DNA of 64,000 nucleotides from Macrostomum hystrix (Eukaryota; Animalia; Platyhelminthes). This document shows positions 1-14,500 of the stretch, in pieces. Every line of letters begins with the position of its first letter. Within the stretch, counting starts at the first letter, position 1. The notes beneath the pieces were generated by a model. That model searched no databases. It saw only the letters and a program-made list of their open reading frames with translations, and was not told where the DNA came from. Location of the stretch: the NCBI GenBank assembly GCA_950097015.1, contig CATNEN010000024.1:124001-188000 (forward strand), written 5' to 3'. The translations under genes were made by a program, and so were the position numbers.

Positions 1-750
1 TGTAGAAAGAGCTAGAGAGGTGTAGAAAGAGCTAGAGAGGTGTAGAAAGAGCTAGAGAGGTGTAGAAAGAGCTAGAGAGGTGTAGAAAGAGCTAGAGAGG
101 GGTAGAAAGAGCTAGAGAGGGGTAGAAAGAGCTAGCTAGAGAGGTGTAGAAAGAGCTAGAGAGAGGTTGAAAGAGCTAGAGAGGGGTAGAAAGAGCTAGA
201 GAGGGGTAGAAAGAGCTAGAGAGGGGTGGAAAGAGCTAGAGAGGGGGTAGAAAGAGCTAGAGAGGTGTAGAAAGAGCTAGAGATGGGGTAGAAAGAGCTA
301 GAGAGGGGTAGAAAGAGCTAGAGAGGTGTAGAAAGAGCTAGAGAGGGGTAGAAAGAGCTAGAGAGGGTAGAAAGAGCTAGCTATAGAGGTGTAGAAAGAG
401 CTAGAGAGAGGTTGAAAGAGCTAGAGAGGGGTAGAAAGAGCTAGAGAGGTGTAGAAAGAGCTAGAGAGGGGGTAGAAAGAGCTAGAGAGGTGTAGAAAGA
501 GCTAGAGAGGGGGTAGAAAGAGCTAGAGAGGGGTAGAAAGAGCTAGAGAGGGGTAGAAAGAGCTAGAGAGGTGTAGAAAGAGCTAGAAAGGGATTGAAAG
601 AGCTAGAGAGAAGTTGAAAGAGCCAGAGAGGTGTAGAAAGAGCTAGAGAGGTGTAGAAAGAGCTAGAGCGGTGTAGAAAGAGCTAGAGAGGTGGTAAGAA
701 AGAGCTAGAGAGAGGTAGAAAGTGCTAGAGAGGGGCAGAAAAGGCTAGAA
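1..750. repeat. 20-bp purine-rich minisatellite (TGTAGAAAGAGCTAGAGAGG)n, runs off the window start
   Basis: Direct periodicity of 20 nt, with G-run length variants, degenerating after ~700. Confidence 0.97.
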
Positions 751-1463
751 AGGGTTAATTTTATACCTCTCGTGAGTTAGAGAGGGTAGAAATAGTTTGA
801 CTGGGGTTAAGAGAGTAAGAGAAAAGAAGGATAATTAGAGTAAACGAAAGAGAGGGTAGAATTAATGATAATTCAAATGAATCTAATTGTGTAATTTATT
901 GATTTCATGCACAAAAAAGCAGATTTCATTGACCCTAGTTTAAACTGGTATTCAATTTGTTAAAGTGCTTTGCTTCCGTGCCCGTTCGCCCTGATCCCAT
1001 AATCCCACTACTGTCTTTGTCAATCAGATTCTCCCTGTTCCCAACTGGGATCTAATATCTAATAGCCATGCGCCGAATGTGGAAGCAGAAGTGGCCACTT
1101 ATGATATTTCAAACTGGCACAGTTCGTTTTCATTCGTGTTTTTTCATGGGTTTTCCTGCGTCTTCTGGGGGCAGCAGCTTGGAGGTTGCACGAGTAAATA
1201 TTTAGTCAAGCAGCGGGTAGCAATGTCAGCCTTCAGCAATGCCCTAAGCAGGTTTTATGGTTTGGACAAGTTGCTCTGGTTTGACCCTTGGTCAGTTAAG
1301 ATCTGGGACAATAGTAGATCAAGGCCGAGATTGATGGGGTCAATATGAAGTTTCTATTAATTCCGATATTGCGCAAAGCTTTTGTGCATTATTGTTCCAG
1401 CAAAGGGACATTGTTGTCTAACTGATAACACGATAAGAATGGCAGAAATCATAAATGGAATGC

Positions 1464-4400
1464 GATGGGAGATTCTGTCTAACTCATTGGGAGATCTTGT
1501 CTAACTCATTGGGATATCCTGTCAAACTCATTGGGATATCCTGTCTAACTCATAGGGAGATCCTGTCAAACTCATAGGGATATCCTGTCTAACTCATTGG
1601 GAGATCCTGTCAAACTCATTGGGATATCCTGTCAAACTCATAGGGAGATCCTGTCAAACTCATGGGGGGATCCTGTCAAACTCATTGGGAGATCCTGTCA
1701 AACTCATGGGGGGATCCTGTCAAACTCATAGGGAGATCCTGTCTAACTCATTGGGATATCCTGTCTAATTCATTGGGATATCCTGTCAAACTCATAGGGA
1801 TATCCTGTCAAACGCATAGGGAGATCCTGTCAAACTCATAGGGATATCCTGTCAAACTCATAGGGAGATCCTGTCAAACTCATGGGGGGATCCTGTCTAA
1901 CTCATAGGGAGATCCTGTCAAACTCATAGGGATATCCTGTCTAACTCATTGGGAGATCCTGTCAAACTCATGGGGGGATCCTGTCAAACTCATAGGGAGA
2001 TGCTGTCAAACTCATAGGGATATCCTGTCAAACTCATAGGGAGATCCTGTCAAACTCATTGGGATATCCTGTCTAACTCATTGGGAGATCCTGTCAAACT
2101 CATAGGGAGATCCTGTCAAACTCATAGGGAGATCCTGTCAAACTCATAGGGATATCCTGTCTAACTCATTGGGAGATCCTGTCAAACTCATGGGGGGATC
2201 CTGTCTAACTCATTGGGAGATCCTGTCAAACTCATAGGGATATCCTGTCTAACTCATTGGGAGATCCTGTCAAACTCATGGGGGGATCCTGTCTAACTCA
2301 TTGGGAGATCCTGTCAAACTCATTGGGAGATTCTGTCTAACTCATTGGGAGATGCTGTCTAATTCATTGGGAGATCCTGTCTAACTCATTGGGAGATTCT
2401 GTCAAACTCATTGGGAGATCCTGTCAAACTCATTGGGAGATCCTGTCAAACTCATTGGGAGATCCTGTCAAACTCATTGGGAGATCCTGTCTAACTCATT
2501 GGGAGATCCTGTCTAACTCATTGGGATATCCTGTCTAACTCATTGGGAGATCCTGTCTAACTCATTGGGAGATCCTGTCAAACTCATTGGGAGATCCTGT
2601 CTAACTCATTGGGAGATCCTGTCTAACTCATTGGGAGATCCTGTCAAACTCATTGGGAGATGCTGTCAAACTCATCGGGAGATCCTGTCAAACTCATTGG
2701 GATATCCTGTCAAACTCATTGGGAGATCCTGTCAAACTCATTGGGAGATCCTGTCAAGCTCATTGGGAGATGCTGTCAAACTCATTGGGAGATGCTGTCA
2801 AACTCATAGGGAGATCCTGTCAAACTCATGGGGGGATCCTGTCAAACTCATAGGGAGATGCTGTCAAACTCATAGGGATATCCTGTCAAACTCATAGGGA
2901 GATCCTGTCAAACTCATTGGGATATCCTGTCTAACTCATTGGGAGATCCTGTCAAACTCATAGGGAGATCCTGTCTAACTCATTGGGAGATCCTGTCTAA
3001 CTCATTGGGAGATCCTGTCAAACTCATTGGGAGATGCTGTCAAACTCATCGGGAGATCCTGTCAAACTCATTGGGATATCCTGTCAAACTCATTGGGAGA
3101 TCCTGTCAAACTCATTGGGAGATCCTGTCAAACTCATTGGGATATCCTGTCTAACTCATTGGGAGATCCTGTCAAACTCATAGGGAGATCCTGTCAAACT
3201 CATAGGGAGATCCTGTCAAACTCATAGGGATATCCTGTCTAACTCATTGGGAGATCCTGTCAAACTCATGGGGGGATCCTGTCTAACTCATTGGGAGATC
3301 CTGTCAAACTCATAGGGATATCCTGTCTAACTCATTGGGAGATCCTGTCAAACTCATGGGGGGATCCTGTCTAACTCATTGGGAGATCCTGTCAAACTCA
3401 TTGGGAGATTCTGTCTAACTCATTGGGAGATGCTGTCTAATTCATTGGGAGATCCTGTCTAACTCATTGGGAGATTCTGTCAAACTCATTGGGAGATCCT
3501 GTCAAACTCATTGGGAGATCCTGTCAAACTCATTGGGAGATCCTGTCAAACTCATTGGGAGATCCTGTCTAACTCATTGGGAGATCCTGTCTAACTCATT
3601 GGGATATCCTGTCTAACTCATTGGGAGATCCTGTCTAACTCATTGGGAGATCCTGTCAAACTCATTGGGAGATCCTGTCTAACTCATTGGGAGATCCTGT
3701 CTAACTCATTGGGAGATCCTGTCAAACTCATTGGGAGATGCTGTCAAACTCATCGGGAGATCCTGTCAAACTCATTGGGATATCCTGTCAAACTCATTGG
3801 GAGATCCTGTCAAACTCATTGGGAGATCCTGTCAAGCTCATTGGGAGATGCTGTCAAACTCATTGGGAGATGCTGTCAAACTCATAGGGAGATCCTGTCA
3901 AACTCATGGGGGGATCCTGTCAAACTCATAGGGAGATGCTGTCAAACTCATAGGGATATCCTGTCAAACTCATAGGGAGATCCTGTCAAACTCATTGGGA
4001 TATCCTGTCTAACTCATTGGGAGATCCTGTCAAACTCATAGGGATATCCTGTCAAACTCATAGGGAGATCCTGTCAAACTCATGGGGGGATCCTGTCTAA
4101 CTCATAGGGAGATCCTGTCAAACTCATAGGGATATCCTGTCTAACTCATTGGGAGATCCTGTCAAACTCATGGGGGGATCCTGTCAAACTCATAGGGAGA
4201 TGCTGTCAAACTCATAGGGATATCCTGTCAAACTCATAGGGAGATCCTGTCAAACTCATTGGGATATCCTGTCTAACTCATTGGGAGATCCTGTCAAACT
4301 CATAGGGAGATCCTGTCAAACTCATAGGGAGATCCTGTCAAACTCATAGGGATATCCTGTCTAACTCATTGGGAGATCCTGTCAAACTCATGGGGGGATC

Positions 4401-6910
4401 CTGTCTAACTCATTGGGAGATCCTGTCAAACTCATAGGGATATCCTGTCTAACTCATTGGGAGATCCTGTCAAACTCATGGGGGGATCCTGTCTAACTCA
4501 TTGGGAGATCCTGTCAAACTCATTGGGAGATTCTGTCTAACTCATTGGGAGATGCTGTCTAATTCATTGGGAGATCCTGTCTAACTCATTGGGAGATTCT
4601 GTCAAACTCATTGGGAGATCCTGTCAAACTCATTGGGAGATCCTGTCAAACTCATTGGGAGATCCTGTCAAACTCATTGGGAGATCCTGTCTAACTCATT
4701 GGGAGATCCTGTCTAACTCATTGGGATATCCTGTCTAACTCATTGGGAGATCCTGTCTAACTCATTGGGAGATCCTGTCAAACTCATTGGGAGATCCTGT
4801 CTAACTCATTGGGAGATCCTGTCAAACTCATAGGGATATCCTGTCTAACTCATTGGGAGATCCTGTCAAACTCATGGGGGGATCCTGTCTAACTCATTGG
4901 GAGATCCTGTCAAACTCATTGGGAGATTCTGTCTAACTCATTGGGAGATGCTGTCTAATTCATTGGGAGATCCTGTCTAACTCATTGGGAGATTCTGTCA
5001 AACTCATTGGGAGATCCTGTCAAACTCATTGGGAGATCCTGTCAAACTCATTGGGAGATCCTGTCAAACTCATTGGGAGATCCTGTCTAACTCATTGGGA
5101 GATCCTGTCTAACTCATTGGGATATCCTGTCTAACTCATTGGGAGATCCTGTCTAACTCATTGGGAGATCCTGTCAAACTCATTGGGAGATCCTGTCTAA
5201 CTCATTGGGAGATCCTGTCTAACTCATTGGAGATCCTGTCAAACTCATTGGAGATGCTGTCAAACTCATCGGGAGATCCTGTCAAACTCATTGGGATATC
5301 CTGTCAAACTCATTGGGAGATCCTGTCAAACTCATTGGGAGATCCTGTCAAGCTCATTGGGAGATGCTGTCAAACTCATTGGGAGATGCTGTCAAACTCA
5401 TAGGGAGATCCTGTCAAACTCATGGGGGGATCCTGTCAAACTCATAGGGAGATGCTGTCAAACTCATAGGGATATCCTGTCAAACTCATAGGGAGATCCT
5501 GTCAAACTCATTGGGATATCCTGTCTAACTCATTGGGAGATCCTGTCAAACTCATAGGGAGATCCTGTCAAACTCATAGGGAGATCCTGTCAAACTCATA
5601 GGGATATCCTGTCTAACTCATTGGGAGATCCTGTCAAACTCATGGGGGGATCCTGTCTAACTCATTGGGAGATCCTGTCAAACTCATAGGGATATCCTGT
5701 CAAACTCATTGGGAGATCCTGTCAAACTCATTGGGAGATTCTGTCTAACTCATTGGGAGATCCTGTCAAACTCATTGGGAGATCCTGTCTAACTCATTGG
5801 GAGATGCTGTCTAATTCATTGGGAGATCCTGTCTAACTCATTGGGAGATTCTGTCAAACTCATTGGGAGATCCTGTCAAACTCATTGGGAGATCCTGTCA
5901 AACTCATTGGGAGATCCTGTCAAACTCATTGGGAGATCCTGTCTAACTCATTGGGAGATCCTGTCTAACTCATTGGGATATCCTGTCTAACTCATTGGGA
6001 GATCCTGTCTAACTCATTGGGAGATCCTGTCTAACTCATTGGGAGATCCTGTCAAACTCATTGGGAGATCCTGTCAAACTCATTGGGAGATCCTGTCAAA
6101 CTCATTGGGAGATCCTGTCTAACTCATTGGGAGATCCTGTCTAACTCATTGGGATATCCTGTCTAACTCATTGGGAGATCCTGTCAAACTCATTGGGAGA
6201 TGCTGTCAAACTCATCGGGAGATCCTGTCAAACTCATTGGGATATCCTGTCAAACTCATTGGGAGATCCTGTCAAACTCATTGGGAGATCCTGTCAAGCT
6301 CATTGGGAGATGCTGTCAAACTCATTGGGAGATGCTGTCAAACTCATAGGGAGATCCTGTCAAACTCATTGGGAGATGCTGTCTAACTCATTGGGAGATC
6401 CTGTCAAACTCATTGGGAGATCCTGTCTAACTCATTGGGAGATCCTGTCAAACTCATTGGGAGATCCTGTCAAACTCATTGGGAGATCCTGTCTAACTCA
6501 TTGGGAGATCCTGTCTAACTCATTGGGATATCCTGTCTAACTCATTGGGAGATCCTGTCAAACTCATTGGGAGATCCTGTCAAACTCATTGGGAGATCCT
6601 GTCAAACTCATTGGGAGATCCTGTCTAACTCATTGGGAGATCCTGTCTAACTCATTGGGATATCCTGTCTAACTCATTGGGAGATCCTGTCAAACTCATT
6701 GGGAGATGCTGTCAAACTCATCGGGAGATCCTGTCAAACTCATTGGGATATCCTGTCAAACTCATTGGGAGATCCTGTCAAACTCATTGGGAGATCCTGT
6801 CAAGCTCATTGGGAGATGCTGTCAAACTCATTGGGAGATGCTGTCAAACTCATAGGGAGATCCTGTCAAACTCATTGGGAGATGCTGTCTAACTCATTGG
6901 GAGATCCTAG
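1464..6910. repeat. 22-bp minisatellite (GGGAGATCCTGTCAAACTCATT)n, ~245 copies, with higher-order blocks
   Basis: Clear 22-nt period. A diagnostic variant (TCAAGCTC) recurs at 2757, 3835, 5351, 6297 and 6803. ORFs 2565-6944 are translations of this repeat. Confidence 0.98.
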
Positions 6911-7180
6911 TCTAGTATTATTATATTTGTCTCGGAATAAATAAATTATTGGTGAAATTCTAGACATACTCAACCCGACCAAAACCCAATCATTTATTTC
7001 AGATTTCGGCAGAAGAAAAGTTTTACAGACAATCTCGTCTAACCAGGCCTTTGTTTAATTACTGAAGCCTATAATTATGTGGCCGACGGGAACCACCTAG
7101 CAACCACTGGGACCGATTTTTTGCCAAGCCGTTCAAATTATTTAACTTGATTGTCACCCTTGTCGGAGGCGAAGATTGCC

Positions 7181-8546
7181 ATGCCGGACATCAGGGAGGA
7201 GGTCTGGTTCTTCCAAGAAATGGCTCCCCTGCTGGCCACTGCGATCCTGGGCCCGATGCCCGACGGTGCCTTCCTAGTCAGGAGCTTCAAGCGTCGTCTG
7301 GCATTGTCGTTCGTGTGAGCACCGCCTACCTTGTCTCACGCTTTCAGTGTCTCTGCTTCTCTCTTTATCATTCTCTAATTGTTAGTTAACTAGAAATTTC
7401 CCCTTTTTAAGACTTAACTTTAACATTTCCCTACCGCATCTCTCTTCTGTGTTCTATCTTCTATCCTCTCTAATATCTATTCTCTCTTCTATTCTCTTTG
7501 TTCTCCCTTGCCTGTTCTATCTTATACCTTATCTCTTCTCTCTTCTGTGTTCTGTCTTCTCTCTCCTCAGTTATCTCTTCTCTCTCCTCAGTTATATCTT
7601 CTCTCTCCTCAGTTATATATTCTCTCTCCTCAGTTATATCTTCTCTCTCCTCAGTTATCTCTTCTCTCTCCTCAGTTATATCTTCTCTCTCCTCAGTTAT
7701 ATATTCTCTCTCCTCAGTTATATATTCTCTCTCCTCAGTTATATATTCTCTCTCCTCAGTTATATATTCTCTCTCCTCAGTTATATTTTCTCTCTCCTCA
7801 GTTATATATTCTCTCTCCTCAGTTATATATTCTCTCTCCTCAGTTATATTTTCTCTCTCCTCAGTTATATTTTCTCTCTCCTCAGTTATATATTCTCTCT
7901 CCTCAGTTATATATTCTCTCTCCTCAGTTATATATTCTCTCTCCTCAGTTATATATTCTCTCTCCTCAGTTATATATTCTCTCTCCTGGGAGGACAGATA
8001 ACTGAGGATAGAGAAGATCTTCTCTCTTCTTTGTTCCATTTTGTCTCATTCCGCGCCTTTCATCAATGTTCTGTCGTCTGCTTTTGTCGCTTTTTCTTCT
8101 TCTCTCTCTTCTTCGATTCTCTGAAAAATGTTCATTCAGATTCGGATTATTTTTCCGAGCAATCCTCGAGGTTGTTTCTAAAAATAGCCACAAGTGAAAT
8201 CATTTAAATAGGCCAATCACAATCACCTTGCCGCGGAATGACTGACAGGTTGTCCTAACCTTGGCTGCAAATCCGTCGCGTTATAATTATGCTAATTTCC
8301 TATATCTGTTTTCCAACTTTCATTAGTAGAAAGCATGCCACCCCCCAGCAGTTTTTCTCCCCAAATCCCAACAGAAAGTACAGAATGATGCGCAAGGTGC
8401 TCCGCCACCTCTGGCTGCGCCTTCCGCCCGGTGTGGGAGGCTAAAAAACCACTTTAGAAGTTTAAGGTCTAGGCCGAAAATTCCTGCAGCTTTTGAGAGC
8501 TCGTTGCTTGGGTCGGCGAGGTCGTGAAGGGAATGCCACCGCCGCC

Positions 8547-8583
<37 letters not shown>

Positions 8584-11500
8584 GAGGCCACGTGACTTTC
8601 CCTGAACAGCTGCTTCAATTTTCTACACCCTCCCATTCTAGCAGGACTGCTGCCTGGGTAGGCGGCGTGTCAATTTTATTATTTTCACATCGACAACCAG
8701 CCAAGGCGAGTTGCAAATGCGAATTTGACGCCTTGACTATTTGAAGACAAAAACTTGACGATATGAGGCTTGTTTGTACTTTTCGTTTATAAATGCTTGT
8801 TAGTAGACGTGTTTGGATCCACTTGCTGGCTTGTAAATACCAGTAATTAGGCCTTGTACACGTTTTGTTAAGGTCACGGTACCTTTTCAGCACAAATTCC
8901 TTCTGTTTATTTCCTTAACTGTTCTAAAATAATGGTCTAAATAGATTTCGCAAGGAAAGCTCGCAGATATAAAAAAGTTTAAAAAATTAACAGCAGTTAA
9001 ATTCGACCTCTTCAAAGCTCCATAAACTGGACCTCTTCAAAGCATCATAAGCTGGACCTTTTCAAAGCTTCATAAACTGGACCTCTTCAAAGCATCATAA
9101 GCTGGACCTCTTCAAAGCTTCATAAGCTGGACCTCTTCAAAGCATCATAAGCTGGACCTCTTCAAAGCTTCATAAGCTGGACCTCTTCAAAGCTTCATAA
9201 GCTGGACCTCTTCAAAGCATCATAAACTGGACCTCTTCAAAGCTTCATAAAATGGACCTCTTCAAAGCTTCATAAGCTGGACCTCTTCAAAGCTTCATAA
9301 GCTGGACCTCTTCAAAGCTTCATAAACTGGACCTCTTCAAAGCTCCATAAACTGGACCTCTTCAAAGCTTCATAAGCTGGACCTCTTCAAAGCTTCATAA
9401 GCTGGACCTCTTCAAAGCATCATAAGCTGGACCTTTTCAAAGCTTCATAAGCTGGATCTCTTCAAAGCATCATAAGCTGGACCTCTTCAAAGCTTCATAA
9501 ACTGGACCTCTTCAAAGCATCATAAGCTGGACCTCTTCAAAGCATCATAAGCTGGACCTCTTCAAAGCTCCATAAACTGGACCTCTTCAAAGCATCATAA
9601 GCTGGATCTCTTCAAAGCATCATAAGCTGGACCTCTTCAAAGCTCCATAAACTGGACCTCTTCAAAGCATCATAAACTGGACCTCTTCAAAGCTCCATAA
9701 ACTGGACCTCTTCAAAGCATCATAAACTGGACCTCTTCAAAGCATCATAAGCTGGACCTCTTCAAAGCTTCATAAAATGGACCTCTTCAAAGCATCATAA
9801 ACTGGACCTCTTCAAAGCTCCATAAACTGGACCTCTTCAAAGCTTCATAAACTGGACCTCTTCAAAGCATCATAAGCTGGACCTCTTCAAAGCTCCATAA
9901 ACTGGACCTCTTCAAAGCTCCATAAACTGGACCTCTTCAAAGCTTCATAAACTGGACCTCTTCAAAGCATCATAAGCTGGACCTCTTCAAAGCTTCATAA
10001 AATGGACCTCTTAAAAGCATCATAAACTGGACCTCTTCAAAGCATCATAAGCTGGACCTCTTCAAAGCTTCATAAACTGGACCTCTTCAAAGCATCATAA
10101 GCTGGACCTCTTCAAAGCATCATAAGCTGGACCTCTTCAAAGCATCATAAACTGGACCTCTTCAAAGCTTCATAAACTGGACCTCTTTAAAGCATCATAA
10201 ACTGGACCTCTTCAAAGCATCATAAACTGGACCTCTTCAAAGCATCATAAGCTGGACCTCTTCAAAGCATCATAAGCTGGACCTCTTCAAAACATCATAA
10301 ACTGGACCTCTTCAAAGCATCATAAGCTGGACCTCTTCAAAGCATCATAAGCTGGACCTCTTCAAAGCATCATAAACTGGACCTCTTCAAAGCTTCATAA
10401 ACTGGACCTCTTCAAAGCATCATAAGCTGGACCTCTTCAAAGCTTCATAAACTGGACCTCTTCAAAGCATCATAAGCTGGACCTCTTCAAAGCATCATAA
10501 GCTGGACCTCTTCAAAGCATCATAAACTGGACCTCTTCAAAGCTTCATAAACTGGACCTCTTCAAAGCTTCATAAACTGGACCTCTTCAAAGCATCATAA
10601 ACTGGACCTCTTCAAAGCATCATAAGCTGGACCTCTTCAAAGCATCATAAGCTGGACCTCTTCAAAACATCATAAACTGGACCTCTTCAAAGCATCATAA
10701 GCTGGACCTCTTCAAAGCATCATAAGCTGGACCTCTTCAAAGCTTCATAAACTGGACCTCTTCAAAGCTTCATAAACTGGACCTCTTCAAAGCATCATAA
10801 GCTGGACCTCTTCAAAGCATCATAAACTGGACCTCTTCAAAGCATCATAAGCTGGACCTCTTCAAAGCTTCATAAAATGGACCTCTTCAAATGAACAAAA
10901 ATATCTTCAAACAGTTTTCGCCAACCATGAAACTCGCAGAAGCGACTCCACCGTTAAGCACCTGTGGATTCACCGCGATGAAGATGGCCAGTGCTACGTG
11001 TTACGTCACGAGAAGTTCGCCAGCGTGAGGCACATGATCGAGCGCTACCGGACCTGCCGCAGTCTCGGCATGCCGCTCGCCAGCTGCCCGAAGCCGGCTG
11101 ACATCGAAGCCTTCCTGCGACTGCCCGAAGAGGACATTGAGCTGGGCTCTGAGTCCACTGATGGCACGGAGTCGCAGCTGACGGTGAGCTCTTGAGTCTA
11201 GCATGTGCTCAGATTCTGTCTTAGGGGAGGGGGTCGTCTCTAATGGCCGCAAACTGCACGACAAGCCACAACAAACAATCTGCTTGATTTCAGATCAAAT
11301 CAAGAATTTTCTATGCATCTTTGATGACTACATTTGATTAGCAAACTGACCCTAAATGATAAATATTTTATTAGAACAGACCTACAGCTTGATCTAGATG
11401 TCAGATGAAACAGTACTTTAACATATTTCTGTTCAGTTATCCCCTTCCATGTCTGCATGGGTGCTTCTGAAAACAGACCAGAAAGCTATTGCTAGCACAC

Positions 11501-14500
11501 GGCGACCACAAATCTTTTCTTAGAATAGCGACCAGTTTCTTAGAATGTTCCCAAAACCGCTGACAAGAGAGCATTGGCGTGGGCACCTGCCCCAATCAAT
11601 CAATTCCCAGTTTCTGACCTCTAGCAGGCTGAACTGGTTGGGGAATACACACGCGGGAACTTCCGTAACATTCCTGTCTCACGCTGCTTGGGGGTCATAT
11701 TTTTTTTCTACGCTAGCAACGCTTTGGTATGATATTTTCAAATTACTAAACATCCAATGACTGTAAAACAATGGGCGATGCATTCCAGACATTTCACCAG
11801 GGTCGCTACGGCTCGGAGGCGATCACAGCTGTTGCTAGGCGACACAATTCTGGGGACATCACCGCCTGTCTAAGAAACGAGGCCTTTATTCTTATGTGAG
11901 CCATAGAGTTGACCACCATTGCTTTTTAATCAATTTAGTTATTAATTAATTCACGAATCAAACGAATCTCATCAGTCCCGTGAGTCCATGTCTCAAATGA
12001 GTCCTGGCATCACTCCCATGAGTGCATGACTCAAACGACTCTCATCAGTCCCGTGAGTCCATGTCTCAAATGAGTCCTGGCATCACTCCCATGAGTACAT
12101 GACTCAAACGACTCTCATCAGTCCCGTGAGTCCATGTCTCAAATGAGACCTGGCATCACTCCCATGAGTACATGACTCAAACGACTCTCATCAGTCCCGT
12201 GAGTCCATGTCTCAAATGAGACCTGGCATCACTCCCATGAGTACATGACTCAAACGACTCTCATCAGTCCCGTGAGTCCATGTCTCAAATGAGACCTGGC
12301 ATCACTCCCATGAGTACATGACTCAAACGACTCTCATCAGTCCCGTGAGTCCATGTCTCAAATGAGACCTGGCATCACTCCCATGAGTACATGACTCAAA
12401 CGACTCTCATCAGTCTCGTGAGTCCATGTCTCAAATGAGTCCTGGCATCACTCCCATGAGTACATGACTCAAACGACTCTCATCAGTCTCGTGAGTCCAT
12501 GTCTCAAATGAGTCCTGGCATCACTCCCATGAGTACATGACTCAAACGACTCTCATCAGTCTCGTGAGTCCATGTCTCAAATGAGTCCTGGCATCACTCC
12601 CATGAGTACATGACTCAAACGACTCTCATCAGTCTCGTGAGTCCATGTCTCAAATGAGACCTGGCATCACTCCCATGAGTACATGACTCAAACGATTCTC
12701 ATCAGTCCCGTGAGTCCATGTCTCAAATGAGACCTGGCATCACTCCAGGAGTACATGACTCAAACGACTCTCATCAGTCCCGTGAGTCCATGTCTCAAAT
12801 GAGACCTGGCATCACTCCCATGAGTACATGACTCAAACGACTCTCATCAGTCCCGTGAGTCCATGTCTCAAATGAGACCTGGCATCACTCCCATGAGTAC
12901 ATGACTCAAACGACTCTCATCAGTCTCGTGAGTCCATGTCTCAAATGAGTCCTGGCATCACTCCCATGAGTACATGACTCAAACGACTCTCATCAGTCTC
13001 GTGAGTCCATGTCTCAAATGAGTCCTGGCATCACTCCCATGAGTACATGACTCAAACGACTCTCATCAGTCTCGTGAGTCCATGTCTCAAATGAGTCCTG
13101 GCATCACTCCCATGAGTACATGACTCAAACGACTCTCATCAGTCTCGTGAGTCCATGTCTCAAATGAGACCTGGCATCACTCCCATGAGTACATGACTCA
13201 AACGATTCTCATCAGTCCCGTGAGTCCATGTCTCAAATGAGACCTGGCATCACTCCAGGAGTACATGACTCAAACTAGTAAACCGGAAATTAAATTCAGG
13301 CGCCTCGACCACGCCAACGTGCTCCGTCTTCTGGGCCTCTATGCTCCATCCCAGAGCCGCTACTCGCTCATTGTTGAGCACATCAACTGCGGCAATCTGC
13401 GCCAGTTCCTGCTGCGTCAGGGCGACCGCCTCCTGCACGAATGGGAGATTCTGGTCAGCCTGGCGCACCAGGCAGCTTCTGGGCTCGCCTACTTGCACAG
13501 AAAGGGCATCCTGCACTGCGACCTGGTGGGTGACAGTTCCTGTTCTATTTAAATTTATTTCGATTTTAAACTTGATTTAAAAAGATATATGTAAGCATTT
13601 ATGCGTTATAGTTAGAAGTCGTGTGCATCCATTTTATTCTATTTATAGTAAGTGTATATTCTTATAGTATTTTTTATGGCAACTGTACGTTCTTTAATTC
13701 TATTTATGGCAGATGTACATTCACTAGATCATACTATTTGGGATTCCCTCACTGGGGCTGCGTACATCGCTTGCACAGTTTGGCTGTCTGCCCCTCTTAC
13801 CCAACCATGTACATTCTCCACTGTTCTTACTTCGTCTGATTCGTCTTGTAACCCACCTCAAAATCGATCGTTGCAAATATAAATATTGGAGCTTGGCAGT
13901 TAGCGGCCTAAGCCTTTTCGTCCACCACTAAATTGAGACTCTACACTATTTATAGCAGATGTACATTCATTAGTTTCTATTTATAGTAAATTTACAATAT
14001 ATTAATTAAATTAATTCAATGGCAGATGTACATTCACTATATACTATTTATAGTAGATGTACATTCATTAGATTCATTAGATTATATTTAATAATTTTAC
14101 ATCCATTATATGTATCCAATCCGCCACCCTCCTCTCCTCTCCGTGAAAGACTTTGGAGAACTGCCTGCTAGAACGCACAGACAGATTCACAGTGAAGCTC
14201 GGCGGGCTGCTGTTCGCCAGATTCGAATCGGTGGAGCCGCCCACGCAGGTGCAACAGCTGTGGCGCCGCTGTTGTCGTGTTAACCCACCGTGTCCGGAGG
14301 CCTCTAAGACAACGGAGGCGGCGACTGCGGCAGCCGATGTGTGGGCGTTCGGCCTGCTGCTGTGGTCGGCTTTCACACTGGGCGGCGGCGGAGGCGGCGT
14401 CGGCAGGCAAAGACGTCGCGATCTGCTGGCCAGCGAGGGACTCAGCCTGGGCTGTGGCCTGCTACCCAGGGAGCTGGCCGGGTCACTGGAGCACCTGGTC

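Noticed and set aside
1079-1348. 89-aa ORF upstream of the 22-bp array
   Set aside because: No recognisable motif, codon bias or consistent splice sites on either strand.
2565-6944. Repetitive ORFs (MGDPVKLIGRSC...)
   Set aside because: Translations of the 22-bp array, present in several frames, with no splice context.
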